A stretch of 31,498 nucleotides of DNA from Gemmatimonadales bacterium (GTDB lineage: Bacteria > Gemmatimonadota > Gemmatimonadetes > Gemmatimonadales > GWC2-71-9). The notes beneath the pieces were generated by a model. The model was not told the origin of the DNA. It did not search any database and was given only the letters and a program-made list of their open reading frames with translations. The stretch lies in the NCBI GenBank assembly GCA_038321865.1, contig JBBQFH010000033.1, forward strand, positions 1 through 31,498, given 5' to 3'. Each line of letters opens with the position of its first letter. Position 1 is the stretch's first letter. A program made the translations under genes and the position numbers. Positions 1 to 9,528 of this stretch are shown one piece after another.

Positions 1-1
1 C

Positions 2-277
2 AAGCTGGCCTCGATCAAGACCGACCTCCGGAACCTGGAGACGGCGCAGGAAGCCTACTTCTCGGACAACAACACGTACGGGACGTTCGCGCAGCTCCAG
101 ACGGCGTCGAACTTCACGCTGTCGGCCGGCAACGCGCAGACGGCCCAGGCGGCCGCGGCGGGTGGCTATTCGATGACGATCGGCAACACGTCGATCTCCG
201 GTACTCCGGCCGCGTGTCACGTCGCGGTGGGCGTCGGCGCCCCGGCTGGCCAGGACGGCGTCATCATCTGCCCGTAA
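2..277 (+). CDS. Type IV pilin-like protein, C-terminal part (5' truncated by window edge)
   Basis: Frame 2 reads KLASIKTDLRNLETAQEAYFSDNNTYGT...AACHVAVGVGAPAGQDGVIICP* (TAA 275-277). The 'SxKxDLRNLxTAQEAYF' helix and the C-terminal Cys pair match type IVa pilins. The N-terminal methylation motif lies outside the window. Confidence 0.8.
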   Translation, partial: KLASIKTDLRNLETAQEAYFSDNNTYGTFAQLQTASNFTLSAGNAQTAQAAAAGGYSMTIGNTSISGTPAACHVAVGVGAPAGQDGVIICP

Positions 278-304
278 GGCACCACGCGATCGGGAGGGCT
301 CACG

Positions 305-341
305 GGGGGCGGCGGTCTTCGGACCGTCGCCCTCTTGTCTT
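305..341 (+). terminator. Rho-independent terminator after the pilin gene
   Basis: GGGGGCGGCGGTC-TTCG-GACCGTCGCCCTC stem with a cUUCGg tetraloop, followed by TTGTCTT. Confidence 0.75.
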
Positions 342-442
342 GCCCCAACCCGCCCCACCCATCCGCACCGTGCGTGAATGTCGGCCGCCCTCCGTCGTCT
401 CCACCCCCGGCAGCACCCTGTTCGTTCACCCCTCTGGAGGGC

Positions 443-832
443 ATGCCCATGCTCGATGAAGCGGTCATCAGGAATCTCAACGGCGGATACATCACGGCTT
501 TCATGACGTCCAACACGGAGTGGTACGAGCGCCATCTCACTCGCGACTTCACCTGCGCGGTACCTGACGGGCCGGTCCTCGATCGCGCGGCTTTCATCGC
601 CCGCGCGGCCGCCGGCCCCGACATCGTGGAGTATCAGCTCGAGCGCGTGCGGGTCCGGGTGGACGGCGACACCGCCACCGTAGACGGCAGCGGCTCGTAC
701 CTGGCCGCCGACGGCACCCGGGGCGTCAGCCGCTACACCGACGCCTACCGCCGGGTCGGCGGGGAATGGAAGGTGTGCCGGGCGATGTTCGCTCGGTTCC
801 CGGCGGACCCCGGACGACGCGCCACCGGCTGA
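443..832 (+). CDS. NTF2-like / DUF4440 (SnoaL-like) protein
   Basis: GGAGG at 436-440, then ATG at 443 (alternative ATG 449). Motifs 'YERHLTRDFT...DG.VLDRAAFI', 'RVRVDGDTATV', 'RYTDAYRRVGGEWKV'. Confidence 0.75.
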   Translation: MPMLDEAVIRNLNGGYITAFMTSNTEWYERHLTRDFTCAVPDGPVLDRAAFIARAAAGPDIVEYQLERVRVRVDGDTATVDGSGSYLAADGTRGVSRYTDAYRRVGGEWKVCRAMFARFPADPGRRATG

Positions 833-881
833 CGCCGGCCGTCACACCACCCGGGGAACCACTCGCCGCAGCTGCGCGCGC

Positions 882-1379
882 TCAACCATCGGTCGTGAGC
901 TGCCGGCGATGATGTCTGGTGTGGATTTCCTGGAGCCGAACCATGTCGGTGACCGGCACCTGCCCGAAAAACGGATGCTCGATGCTGCCGCTCCGCTTGC
1001 CCGCTTCCGCCTCGAACTCCCGGGCCGCCGCCTCGATCTGCGCGATCACCACCGGCTGCGCCGCGGGTGTGGGATCCGGCTTCATGATCGCGGGTGACCT
1101 GCTGCCGCGGGGAAAGTCGCCTTTTCGGAGCACCATCCCGAGCAGGAACCGGCGCACCAGCGGGCGGAGGAATTTGGGAAGCCCGCCGGGCGCTTCACCG
1201 CGGAAGAGCGCGCCGTTCACCTCATAGGCCCGCGCCACGTGCTCGGCCACCTGGCCGGGCGACCACTTGCCTGGGGCGCGGGGTACCGCCCAGGCTCCGG
1301 CGGGTACACCCCGCGCGGTAGCGAGGAACTCCTCCACCGCCAAGTGGTTCGCATTCAGCACCACGTTCGCGTCGGTCAT
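882..1379 (-). CDS. DinB/YfiT family protein
   Basis: 'PGKWSPGQVAEHV', 'HPFFG' and C-terminal 'IHTRHHRRQL' His motifs typical of the DinB_2 fold. Confidence 0.8.
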   Translation of the reverse strand: MTDANVVLNANHLAVEEFLATARGVPAGAWAVPRAPGKWSPGQVAEHVARAYEVNGALFRGEAPGGLPKFLRPLVRRFLLGMVLRKGDFPRGSRSPAIMKPDPTPAAQPVVIAQIEAAAREFEAEAGKRSGSIEHPFFGQVPVTDMVRLQEIHTRHHRRQLTTDG

Positions 1380-1385
1380 CGCGCG

Positions 1386-1844
1386 TCAGCGCTTCGCGTT
1401 CCGTGGATCGTCCGCCGCCCGCACATAGTTGAACATCAGCGGGCCCCGGCCGTGCACCTGAACCACCGTCGGCCCGACCGCCATGGCCCAGTGATGCGCA
1501 TCGGCGGGCGCGGTGATGAACCCGCCGGCCGAGAGGCGCGTAGCCGACTTGCGGTCGACGTCGTCGCCCATGCCCAGCATCAGCTTGCCAGAGATGACGG
1601 TCACGTGCTCGTCGGTCGGGTGCGAATGCGGAGCCACGGTGTACCCGTTCGGGAACCTGAGCCGGACGACGAAGTCGCCTTCCGCGCCGGGACTGCCGTG
1701 CAGCACGGCAAGCCGGGCGCCCGGCGCGAGGAACGGTGGTGCCGGCCCCCACTTCGCGGCGGCGGCCGACGCGAGCGCCTGGGGGTGGAGCGGCAGGGTG
1801 AGCAAGGGGAGGAACAGGAGGGGGAGAAAGGCACGACGACGCAT
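1386..1844 (-). CDS. Secreted cupin-domain protein (DUF4437-like)
   Basis: Start placed at ATG 1844 (GAGG upstream), giving a signal peptide MRRRAFLPLLFLPLL. Cupin motifs 'PHSHPTDEHVTVISG' and 'GGFITAPADAHHWA'. Confidence 0.8.
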   Translation of the reverse strand: MRRRAFLPLLFLPLLTLPLHPQALASAAAAKWGPAPPFLAPGARLAVLHGSPGAEGDFVVRLRFPNGYTVAPHSHPTDEHVTVISGKLMLGMGDDVDRKSATRLSAGGFITAPADAHHWAMAVGPTVVQVHGRGPLMFNYVRAADDPRNAKR

Positions 1845-1976
1845 AGGGACCTCGCGGAGTCGGGGGGCACGATCGGAGACCGCATGCACAATATGCGGCC
1901 ATCCGATCGAGCGCCAGCGGACACCGTCTACTTGCGGCTCACGACGTAACCGAGGGCAGGCCGGCTGCCACGATGA

Positions 1977-2570
1977 TCAGGAATGCCGCGGCGCGTGATA
2001 GGGTGAGAGCGGATGCGCCAGGCCGAAGAGAAACTCGAACTTGTTCCCGCCACCGGTTCCGTGGCCCACCTGCACGAACGGCGTCACGTCGTGCAGCGGC
2101 GAGCGCCACGCAGCAGTTCCCTCGAGCCAGCCGGTGAGCCGGTCGCCACTCGCGCTGTGGCCGGTAATGAGCCCCGCGCCGGCGTTGACGTAGAACCGCG
2201 ACCCTTCGGCCAGCGGAGCCAGCTGTACCACGGCCGACACGTTGGGCGTGGCACCGCGGGCGGGCAGGAAGAGCAGATCCCAGGCGATCTCCACGTGACG
2301 CATCGACCCCGGCGAGTACTGCAGGTGCATCCGGACGGCGGCGTCGGTGGTGCCCGACGTATGCCAGACACCGGCGTTGAGATCGAAGTGCGGCGTCCCG
2401 AAGAGGCCGCCCTCATGTCCTTCCGTGAACGGCGCAATGTGGCCGTGCGGATGGGCCATGGTGTCGGACGACATCTGGGCGACTGCCCGGGAAGGAATGG
2501 TGGCGATGGTCAGGACGAGTGCGACGAACGGCATGCGGCTCAAGCAGGAACCTCCGGAAGCGGGAATCAT
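1977..2570 (-). CDS. Hypothetical secreted protein, beta-rich (possible outer-membrane barrel) with a His-rich N-terminus
   Basis: Signal-like 'MPFVALVLTIATIPSRAVA', then 'HPHGH..GHEG' and alternating beta-strand patterns (FYVNAGAG, PFVQVGHG, FEFLFGL). Start uncertain. Confidence 0.55.
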   Translation of the reverse strand: MIPASGGSCLSRMPFVALVLTIATIPSRAVAQMSSDTMAHPHGHIAPFTEGHEGGLFGTPHFDLNAGVWHTSGTTDAAVRMHLQYSPGSMRHVEIAWDLLFLPARGATPNVSAVVQLAPLAEGSRFYVNAGAGLITGHSASGDRLTGWLEGTAAWRSPLHDVTPFVQVGHGTGGGNKFEFLFGLAHPLSPYHAPRHS

Positions 2571-2623
2571 GGACCACGAGCGCCCAGACTATCTCCCGGA
2601 GGCGGCGCCGGCGGTGTCGTGAG

Positions 2624-5266
2624 TCACGTCCCGGCGATGAGGCGTTCAAAGCGGGGATTGCCCTTGAGTGCCGCCCACGTTGGATCGATGCGGAGCCACC
2701 CCGGCGAGAGCAAGTACGGCATCTTCAGCAGCGGCTCCAGCATGTCCAGCGCTTTCGCGGGCTCGCCGGCCAGAAGGTAGATCCGCGCCATCAGCTGCTG
2801 GTAGTAGGGTCCGTTGACCGCATCCCGGGCGATGGGCAGCAGCGCCACGCCCTGCAGGCCCTCGCTGATGGCGTCCGACTTGCGGCCGAGATAGGCGAGC
2901 AGCAGACCGTGGATGACGCGGCGCTGCGCGTCCTTCGGCGCGTCGCGCAGTTGCTGTCTGGTGGCCACCTCTCCCGAATCGGCGTAGGCCCGGGCCTTCG
3001 CGTGATCGCCCCGGAGGTCGTACACCTCGGCGAGCACCGTGCCCCACGTACCCCGATCCTCGTCGAAATCGGCCGGCGTGAGGGTCAGGAGCAGCGCCTG
3101 GCGCGGCTCGTCCAGCACCCAGTACATGTCCCAGTAGGCCGCGAAGAACGCCGCGAGCGCGGCCGGCTGCACCGCCGGCGAGATCTGCCGGATGACTTCC
3201 CGGGCGGCGGGCAAATTCCCTTGGCCTACATAGGCCATCGCCTTGTCCTGGCTCACGGTCAGGTCCCCCGGGGCCAGCGCGAGCGCTTCGTCGCTCGCCG
3301 CGAGGGCCTCGGGGTAGCGGCGCAACCAGACCAGCGCATTCTGCAGGCTGACGACGACCCGCAGTGACCGGGGGTCGAGCCGCTTCGCCTGCTTCAAATG
3401 ATCCACCGCCGCGCCGGCCTGCCCGAGGCTCCCCTCGATGCGGGCGGACGTGACGAGGAGCTGCGCATCGTTGGGCGCCGCCTTGAGGCCCAGCGCGACA
3501 TGCTCGCCGGCCCGGACCGGATCCCGTTCGACCAATCGGTAGTATTCCCCAAGCGCCGCCTGGCCACCGGATCCCGACGGGTCGAGCGCCAGTGCGCGTT
3601 CGGCTGCGGACTTCGCCCGACCGGCGACGGCGGGATCCGGTACGCTGTTGCTGTACAGATAGCTGAGCGCCCTGCTCAGCTCCCCCCACGCCTCGGCAAA
3701 CGTCGAGTCGAGCGAAACCGCCTGCCCCAGCAGGTCCGCCTTCCGGCGCAACGCCGATGGCTCGTTGGCGACGATCGCGCGCGCCTTGAGGAAGGCATCG
3801 TAGGCGGCCAGACTCTTCGTCGGCCGCTCGGCGAGCTGCTGCTTCTGGTCGGCGCCGAGCGCCAGGTCGAGCGCGCCGGCCACCTGCCCCGCGATGTCCG
3901 CCTGCACCTGGAAGACATCGGTCAGCGCCGCTTCGAACGGCTGCTGCCAGCGCACCGTGGCCGTGCCGCCGGAAATCTGCACCAGCTCGGGTGTCACCCG
4001 AACACGCGGCTTGCCGTCGGCGCCCGTCGCCCAGCGCACCTTCGCGCTCAGTATGTAGTCGACCCCCAGCTCGGCCGCGACCGCCGCAAGAGACTTGGTG
4101 GTCCGCTTGTACTCCTTCGAGCTCGCGCCGGCGATGACGCTCAGCGTGGGCAGCGTGGCCAGCTTGCCGCGCACCTCGTCGGTGATGCCGTCGGCGAAGT
4201 ACTCGTCGGCCGGTGTACCCAGATTCTCGAACGGCAGCACCGCGACGAGGCGGGCGCCGCCGGCCGGCCGGTCGGCGTGCCGCTGCCGCCAGGCGAAGAG
4301 CACGCCGAGGCCGAGGGTGAAGCCGATGAGCAGCGTGAGGAGCGCCGGAGAAAACCGTCGCCGTGACGATGGGGACGCGGCCACCGGTGCGGTCTGTGGT
4401 GCTGATGTCGCGACGGCGGGCGAGGCCGCCGTCACCGGCGGCACCGCGAGCGCCCTGGCAAAGTCGGCGGCGCTGGCCCACCGGTCGGCCGGCACCACCG
4501 CCAGCGCCCGCGTGATCGCCTGCTCGACCGCCTCGGGCACCGCGGAGCGGGTGCGCCGGACCGACGGAATGTCGCCGCTGAAGCGCTTGGCGATCACCGC
4601 CTGCGCCGTCGGCCCCGTGAACGGGGCCTCGCCGGCCAGCATTTCGTAGAGCACCGCGCCCAGACTGTACACGTCGGTGCGCGCCGTGACGTCGTGCTCC
4701 CCGCTCGCCTGCTCGGGACTCATGTAGGCCGGCGTCCCGACGGCGAGCCCGGTCTCGGTCAGCTTCTGATCACCCGCGGCCAGCGAGCGCGCAATGCCGA
4801 AATCGGCGACCAGGGTGTTGCCGTCCTCGGTGAGGAGCAGATTCTCCGGCTTGATGTCGCGGTGGATCACGCCGTGGTGGTGCGCGTATTCCAGCGCCTG
4901 CGCCGCCTCGCGGGCGATCCGGACCGCATCGTCCACCGGGAGCTGGCGCTCGCGGGTGATCCGATCCCGGAGCGATTCACCCTCGATGTACGGCATCGTG
5001 AACCAGAGCTGGCCGGCCGTCTCGCCCGAATCGAACACGGTGAGGATGTGCGGATGCTGCAGCCGGGCGGCGAGGCGGATCTCGCGCTGGAAGCGCTCGG
5101 GGCCGAGGGCGTGCGCCAGATCGGGATGCAGCACCTTGAGCGCCACCTGCCGGTCGTGCCGCAGGTCGCGGGCAAGGAACACCGTGGCCATGCCCCCACG
5201 CCCGAGCTCGCGCTCGATCGTGTGCGTGACCAGGGCCGTCTCCAGCGCGGTTCGCAGGTCCGTCAG
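2624..5266 (-). CDS. Membrane Ser/Thr protein kinase, kinase-TM-TolB_N-like-TPR (K1); probable CTG start
   Basis: VALKVL, HRDIKPEN, DFG, GTPAYMSPE; TM ALLTLLIGFTLGLGVLFAW; 'VAVLPFENL..EYFADGITDEV'; TPR helices. The frame extends 25 codons above ATG 5191 (LTDLRTALETALVTHTIERELGRGG) to CTG 5266, collinear with the ATG of paralog K4. Confidence 0.9.
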   Translation of the reverse strand: MTDLRTALETALVTHTIERELGRGGMATVFLARDLRHDRQVALKVLHPDLAHALGPERFQREIRLAARLQHPHILTVFDSGETAGQLWFTMPYIEGESLRDRITRERQLPVDDAVRIAREAAQALEYAHHHGVIHRDIKPENLLLTEDGNTLVADFGIARSLAAGDQKLTETGLAVGTPAYMSPEQASGEHDVTARTDVYSLGAVLYEMLAGEAPFTGPTAQAVIAKRFSGDIPSVRRTRSAVPEAVEQAITRALAVVPADRWASAADFARALAVPPVTAASPAVATSAPQTAPVAASPSSRRRFSPALLTLLIGFTLGLGVLFAWRQRHADRPAGGARLVAVLPFENLGTPADEYFADGITDEVRGKLATLPTLSVIAGASSKEYKRTTKSLAAVAAELGVDYILSAKVRWATGADGKPRVRVTPELVQISGGTATVRWQQPFEAALTDVFQVQADIAGQVAGALDLALGADQKQQLAERPTKSLAAYDAFLKARAIVANEPSALRRKADLLGQAVSLDSTFAEAWGELSRALSYLYSNSVPDPAVAGRAKSAAERALALDPSGSGGQAALGEYYRLVERDPVRAGEHVALGLKAAPNDAQLLVTSARIEGSLGQAGAAVDHLKQAKRLDPRSLRVVVSLQNALVWLRRYPEALAASDEALALAPGDLTVSQDKAMAYVGQGNLPAAREVIRQISPAVQPAALAAFFAAYWDMYWVLDEPRQALLLTLTPADFDEDRGTWGTVLAEVYDLRGDHAKARAYADSGEVATRQQLRDAPKDAQRRVIHGLLLAYLGRKSDAISEGLQGVALLPIARDAVNGPYYQQLMARIYLLAGEPAKALDMLEPLLKMPYLLSPGWLRIDPTWAALKGNPRFERLIAGT

Positions 5267-5383
5267 TGCGGGCCTTATGAAGGGGTGTGGCGGAACTTAA
5301 TCACCGGTCGGAGCTCCCGCCAACCGGCTCGGCTCCGACGCCGGCGGCCGCAAATATTCCGGCCCCTGTGTCATACCGGACCG

Positions 5384-6628
5384 TCACAGGCGCATCGGCT
5401 GAATCCGCCAATACGTCAGCATCCGCCAGAGCCACTCGAGCGGCCCGAACCGGAGCCGCGCGAGCCACCGCCGGCTGAGCCACAACTCGGCGGCAAAGAT
5501 GGCGCCGGACAACAGCAGGCAGGTGACCGCGCCGAGATGGTCGAGGAGCCCGAGCGCGTAGCCGAACAGCACGGTAGTGATGACGATCCATTGGAGTACC
5601 ACGTTGCTCAGCGTCGCGCGGCCAGCCGGCGCGAGCGGGGCGAGCGCCCTGCTCCACCGGTCCTGCCGACCGTAGAGCAGCACGACCGCGGCGCCATACG
5701 CAAACGCGAGCGACGTGTCACCGAGGTCGAGCACGGCATCGAGCAGCGCCCCTCCCAATCCCGCCACGCTGCCTGGCTCCAGCCACGTGAGCGTCACCAG
5801 GTTGGTGGCGAGGCCGGCGACCCCGCCCCACACGAGCACCCGGCGAAGCGCCCGGCTGTGCTGGAGCGGGTGCTCCAGTATCCGGCTTCGCGCGAGAGCC
5901 GCGCCGACGAGGAAGAGCGCCAGCGGACCGAGCCCCGGCCCGGTGTACCACCACGTCCCGCCGAGAATCAGCGCCAGCTGCCGGGCACGCGCGCCGACGA
6001 GGGCGCCATAGGCGTTGCCCCGCTTGAGCACCTCGATCTGCTCGTTGTTCGCGTGCTGCGTCGCCTGACGGGCGCGCTGCTCCGTGACCCTGGCGGCCGC
6101 GCCGGCATCGATCTCGGTGCGCGCCCGGTCGCGCGTCATCAGCGCGTCCCGCGCCTGGGGCACGACGACCGCCGTCAGCAAATAGACGATTCCGGCGGAG
6201 ACCAGCAGCGTACGGGGTGATGCCCGGCGGAACGGCAACAGCGCGAGCCCGGCTGCGGCGTACTGGAGAAGCGTCCACCACGTCGTCAGAAAGCACCAGA
6301 TCGCGACGCCGAACAGGGCAAGCCCGGTCAGCCGGCGCAGGTAAAGGCGGAACGCGGGCGCGCCCTGCGCCTCCCACCGGGCGACCTGCATCACGAAGCC
6401 GACGCCGAACATCGTGGCGAAGAGCGGATAGAACGAGCCCGTTAGCAGGAGTTCGATCCACCATTCGACGCGCTGATCAATCGGGCTGGTGGGCTTCCGC
6501 AGCGTATCGGAGAAGTTGACGACCAGCACGCCGAACAGTGCGAAGCCGCGCAGCACATCGAGCACGACGATGCGCTCCCCCGTCCGGCGGGGGCTCGGCG
6601 TTGTCACGGCGCCGGCGCGAACGGTCAA
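5384..6628 (-). CDS. DUF418 (YeiB-like) multi-pass membrane protein
   Basis: 'RIVVLDVLRGFALFGVLVVN', 'FYPLFATMFGVGF', 'GRATLSN', C-terminal 'RFGPLEWLWRMLTY'. Start may be GTG 6607. Confidence 0.85.
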   Translation of the reverse strand: MTVRAGAVTTPSPRRTGERIVVLDVLRGFALFGVLVVNFSDTLRKPTSPIDQRVEWWIELLLTGSFYPLFATMFGVGFVMQVARWEAQGAPAFRLYLRRLTGLALFGVAIWCFLTTWWTLLQYAAAGLALLPFRRASPRTLLVSAGIVYLLTAVVVPQARDALMTRDRARTEIDAGAAARVTEQRARQATQHANNEQIEVLKRGNAYGALVGARARQLALILGGTWWYTGPGLGPLALFLVGAALARSRILEHPLQHSRALRRVLVWGGVAGLATNLVTLTWLEPGSVAGLGGALLDAVLDLGDTSLAFAYGAAVVLLYGRQDRWSRALAPLAPAGRATLSNVVLQWIVITTVLFGYALGLLDHLGAVTCLLLSGAIFAAELWLSRRWLARLRFGPLEWLWRMLTYWRIQPMRL

Positions 6629-6700
6629 CGACCCACGGCGGTCAGCTGTGTGCGATGATGCCGGGTGTGGATTTCCTGCAGGCGAGGAAGGACCACCGAC

Positions 6701-7165
6701 TTAGCTCCGACCGAGCACCAGCAGCGCGAGCCGCTTCTCGGCCGCGCGCTCGCGCGCGCCGCCACCGCGGTTCTGGCCGACGTCGACGAGGAATGCGGTC
6801 TGCCCCTTGCGAAACGTGATCTGACCGCCGGAGTGGAATGCCTCGTCGCCGATCCCCGTGAGCGGGGTGGCCCCGTCGTTCCGCTCGCCCTGCTCGGTCC
6901 GGTACTGCGCGAAGAGGCTCGCCGCGTTGCTGCCGATCGGGAACCGGATGACCCTCACCTCGGTCCCGAAGAAGCAGATTTCGGCGTGCCCCGGCCGCCC
7001 GGGCAACGACATTTCCAGCACTTGCCGGCGCCCGGCAGGCACCGACGAGCCGAGGGCGGCAGCGGCCTCCTCCCGCGTGATCAGACTGCAGACCGCCGCG
7101 GGTGCCCGACCAGTCGATCCGAACGCCAGCAACGCCGACGCCGTCAACCCCAGATATACTCGCAT
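6701..7165 (-). CDS. Hypothetical secreted protein
   Basis: Signal peptide MRVYLGLTASALLAF; 'CSLITREEAAAALG' and 'LTGIGDEAF' motifs as in small exported DUF3558-like proteins. Confidence 0.65.
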   Translation of the reverse strand: MRVYLGLTASALLAFGSTGRAPAAVCSLITREEAAAALGSSVPAGRRQVLEMSLPGRPGHAEICFFGTEVRVIRFPIGSNAASLFAQYRTEQGERNDGATPLTGIGDEAFHSGGQITFRKGQTAFLVDVGQNRGGGARERAAEKRLALLVLGRS

Positions 7166-7336
7166 GCCGCGGCCTCTTCCGAATCGGGTGGGTGAACTGA
7201 GTATATAAGGCCCGGGCCTGCGGGAGTCCACCTCGGTGGCAAACGCCGCAACCCGGAGCGCACGACAGACCCATCTGCTCGCGGGGTATCACAGCGGGCT
7301 CAACCGGCGGCTGCCGTTCCGTTATCGGGGCGCTGA

Positions 7337-8452
7337 TCAGCGCGGGGTGCCAAGAAACGCCGCCGCGATCGCCAGCGCCTCGCGTTCCCCCGCTTTCGCG
7401 AAGGCGTTCGTCGCCAGGGCGACGACGAGCCGCTCGGCCGGATAGACCAGCAGGAAAGCCGCCCCGCCGTTGGAGGTCCCGCCGTGATGCAGGTATCGGC
7501 GGCCGGCGGAATCCATCCCGACTCTCCACCCGATCCCCACTGCCGTCTCCTCGCCCGACGCGAGCCGCTGCGGCGTCGTCATCAGCCGGAGCGACTCCGC
7601 GCTCAGCAGGCCTGGCAGCAGCATCGCGCGTCCCAGTCGCGCGAGATCGTCGGTGGAGGACAGGTATCCGCCGCTGGGCCACCGGCCACTGAGGTCGTCC
7701 TCGGGCGCCCCGGCCACGCTGGTTCCGGTGATGGAATAAGTGCGCGCGCGCCGGGGAATAACCGCGCCTTTCCGGTCCGGCACCGTCGAGGACAGGCCGA
7801 GTGGCTCAGCCACCTGGCGGCGGATCACGTCGGGAAACGGCTGGCCGGTCACCTCTTCGAGCACGGCGCCAATGAGGTTGAACCCGTAGCTCGAATAGAA
7901 GTACCGGGTGCCCGGCGCGCCGACCAGGGTGTCACTGGCGTAGACCGTCATGGCGTCGCGCAGGGTCGGATACGGCGTGTCGGAGAGGAACTCGTTGCCG
8001 CGGCGGTAGTGCCTGATCCCTCCCTGGTGGCCCGCGAGCTGGCGAAGCGTGATGGGACGGAGCCGCTCAGGAAGCCCCGTCATGTATTTCGAAATGGGTG
8101 CATCCAGATTCAGGCGCCCCGTCTGGACCAGCCGCGCGAGCGCGGTCGCCGTGAGGAGCTTCGACACGCTGCCGATGCGGAACTGCGTTTCAGGTGTGAC
8201 CGGGACGCCGCCGGGAAGGTCCGCGAAACCGAATCCCTCGTGCCAGACGCCGACGTTCCCGCCGAGGCCGATGCTCACCGTGACGGCGAGACCCGGAAGA
8301 CCCTCACGCGTGACGAGGGCGGCGGCGAGACGGCGGGCGCTGTCCGCGGCGGAGGCCGGGACGACGCGGGGCGGCGCGTTGACGGGGGGCCGAGGTGCGC
8401 ACGCCGCGATGATGACGAGGACCTGCAGGAGCGAGACGGCGCGTCGCGTCAT
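7337..8452 (-). CDS. Serine hydrolase, beta-lactamase class C / PBP family (probable lipoprotein)
   Basis: SxxK 'IGSVSKLLTA', 'YFYSSYGF', 'LHHGGT'; lipobox-like IIAAC; ATGA overlap with the upstream gene. Confidence 0.9.
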   Translation of the reverse strand: MTRRAVSLLQVLVIIAACAPRPPVNAPPRVVPASAADSARRLAAALVTREGLPGLAVTVSIGLGGNVGVWHEGFGFADLPGGVPVTPETQFRIGSVSKLLTATALARLVQTGRLNLDAPISKYMTGLPERLRPITLRQLAGHQGGIRHYRRGNEFLSDTPYPTLRDAMTVYASDTLVGAPGTRYFYSSYGFNLIGAVLEEVTGQPFPDVIRRQVAEPLGLSSTVPDRKGAVIPRRARTYSITGTSVAGAPEDDLSGRWPSGGYLSSTDDLARLGRAMLLPGLLSAESLRLMTTPQRLASGEETAVGIGWRVGMDSAGRRYLHHGGTSNGGAAFLLVYPAERLVVALATNAFAKAGEREALAIAAAFLGTPR

Positions 8453-9528
8453 CGTGCCTCGCCAGGAGTGGTGTTGGGAGAGATGCCGCGGACTTCGTCC
8501 ACCACCTGCCGGATCGCGCTGACGACCAGCTGCGGATCCTCCAGGTGGATGTTGTGGCCCGCGTGCGGAGCGACCACGAGCCGTCCCCGACTGGAGAGCG
8601 CCGCGAGGTCGGCCTGCAATCGCTGTCGCTCCGCGTCAAGCGAGTCCGTGGAATCGGCGCTGCGGCTGAGGACGATCAGCGGAAGATCGCCCAGCGCGCG
8701 GCGGTTGCGCCGGCGTTCCGCATGCAGCCGCGCCAGGTCCTCGGGCGACCAATCCATCTCAGCGCCGGCCGCGGCACGGAGGATTGGCTGCGCCGACGCC
8801 CACCGCCAGGCGTTCTGCACCTCGGGAGGCAGCCGGTCGAGCGGCGCTTCAAGGGAACCGGTATCGGCCGATGTCGCACGAAGGGGGAAGCTATCGGCGA
8901 GGGCGCGGTCCGGTCTTACCTGAGGCATCGGGGCCGTTCGTCCCTTCGCCATCTCGCGCAGCCGGACCGGCCGTCCGCTGATCTCGATCCGCTGATCCTC
9001 GTGCACCGCATCCACCAGCACCATGCCGACGACAGCAGCCCTGAACTGCTCGGCGTAACGCCGGACCAGGAGCCCGCCGTACGACTGGCCCACCAGCACG
9101 AACGGGCTCTTCTCCCCTGCCCTCGACAGCGCGTCATGCAGCTCGAGATTGATCTGCGCGTAGCTGCGTGGCCGGGTTCCGGGCGTACTCCAGACGTAGC
9201 CTCCGCGGTCGTAGCTGCAGACGCGGGTGAGGGTCGCGACGCCGGGCTGAACCAGCGCCCAGACCAGCGCGAAATCCCCCACCCCGCTCTCGAGCACCAC
9301 CGTCGGCGAGCCGACACCGGTGCAGTCGAGATGGATCGTCTGGCCCCCGATGTCCACCATGGTACCGCGCACGGAAGGCGGGCGGGCGGCGGAGCTGTGC
9401 GTGGCGGGCGCGGCGGTGCAGGCCCCGAATTCCAGGGCAAGCACGCTCGGAACGGCCACCAGCGCGCCGAATGCACCGAACACGACGCGGCGGACGACAT
9501 CGAGATTTCTGGTCTCGACCCGCGTCAT
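8449..9528 (-). CDS. Alpha/beta fold hydrolase
   Basis: 'PTVVLESG', 'RVCSYDRGG', nucleophile elbow 'GQSYGG', 'AGHNIHLEDP'. ATG 9528 overlaps the kinase stop (ATGA). Confidence 0.88.
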   Translation of the reverse strand: MTRVETRNLDVVRRVVFGAFGALVAVPSVLALEFGACTAAPATHSSAARPPSVRGTMVDIGGQTIHLDCTGVGSPTVVLESGVGDFALVWALVQPGVATLTRVCSYDRGGYVWSTPGTRPRSYAQINLELHDALSRAGEKSPFVLVGQSYGGLLVRRYAEQFRAAVVGMVLVDAVHEDQRIEISGRPVRLREMAKGRTAPMPQVRPDRALADSFPLRATSADTGSLEAPLDRLPPEVQNAWRWASAQPILRAAAGAEMDWSPEDLARLHAERRRNRRALGDLPLIVLSRSADSTDSLDAERQRLQADLAALSSRGRLVVAPHAGHNIHLEDPQLVVSAIRQVVDEVRGISPNTTPGEAR

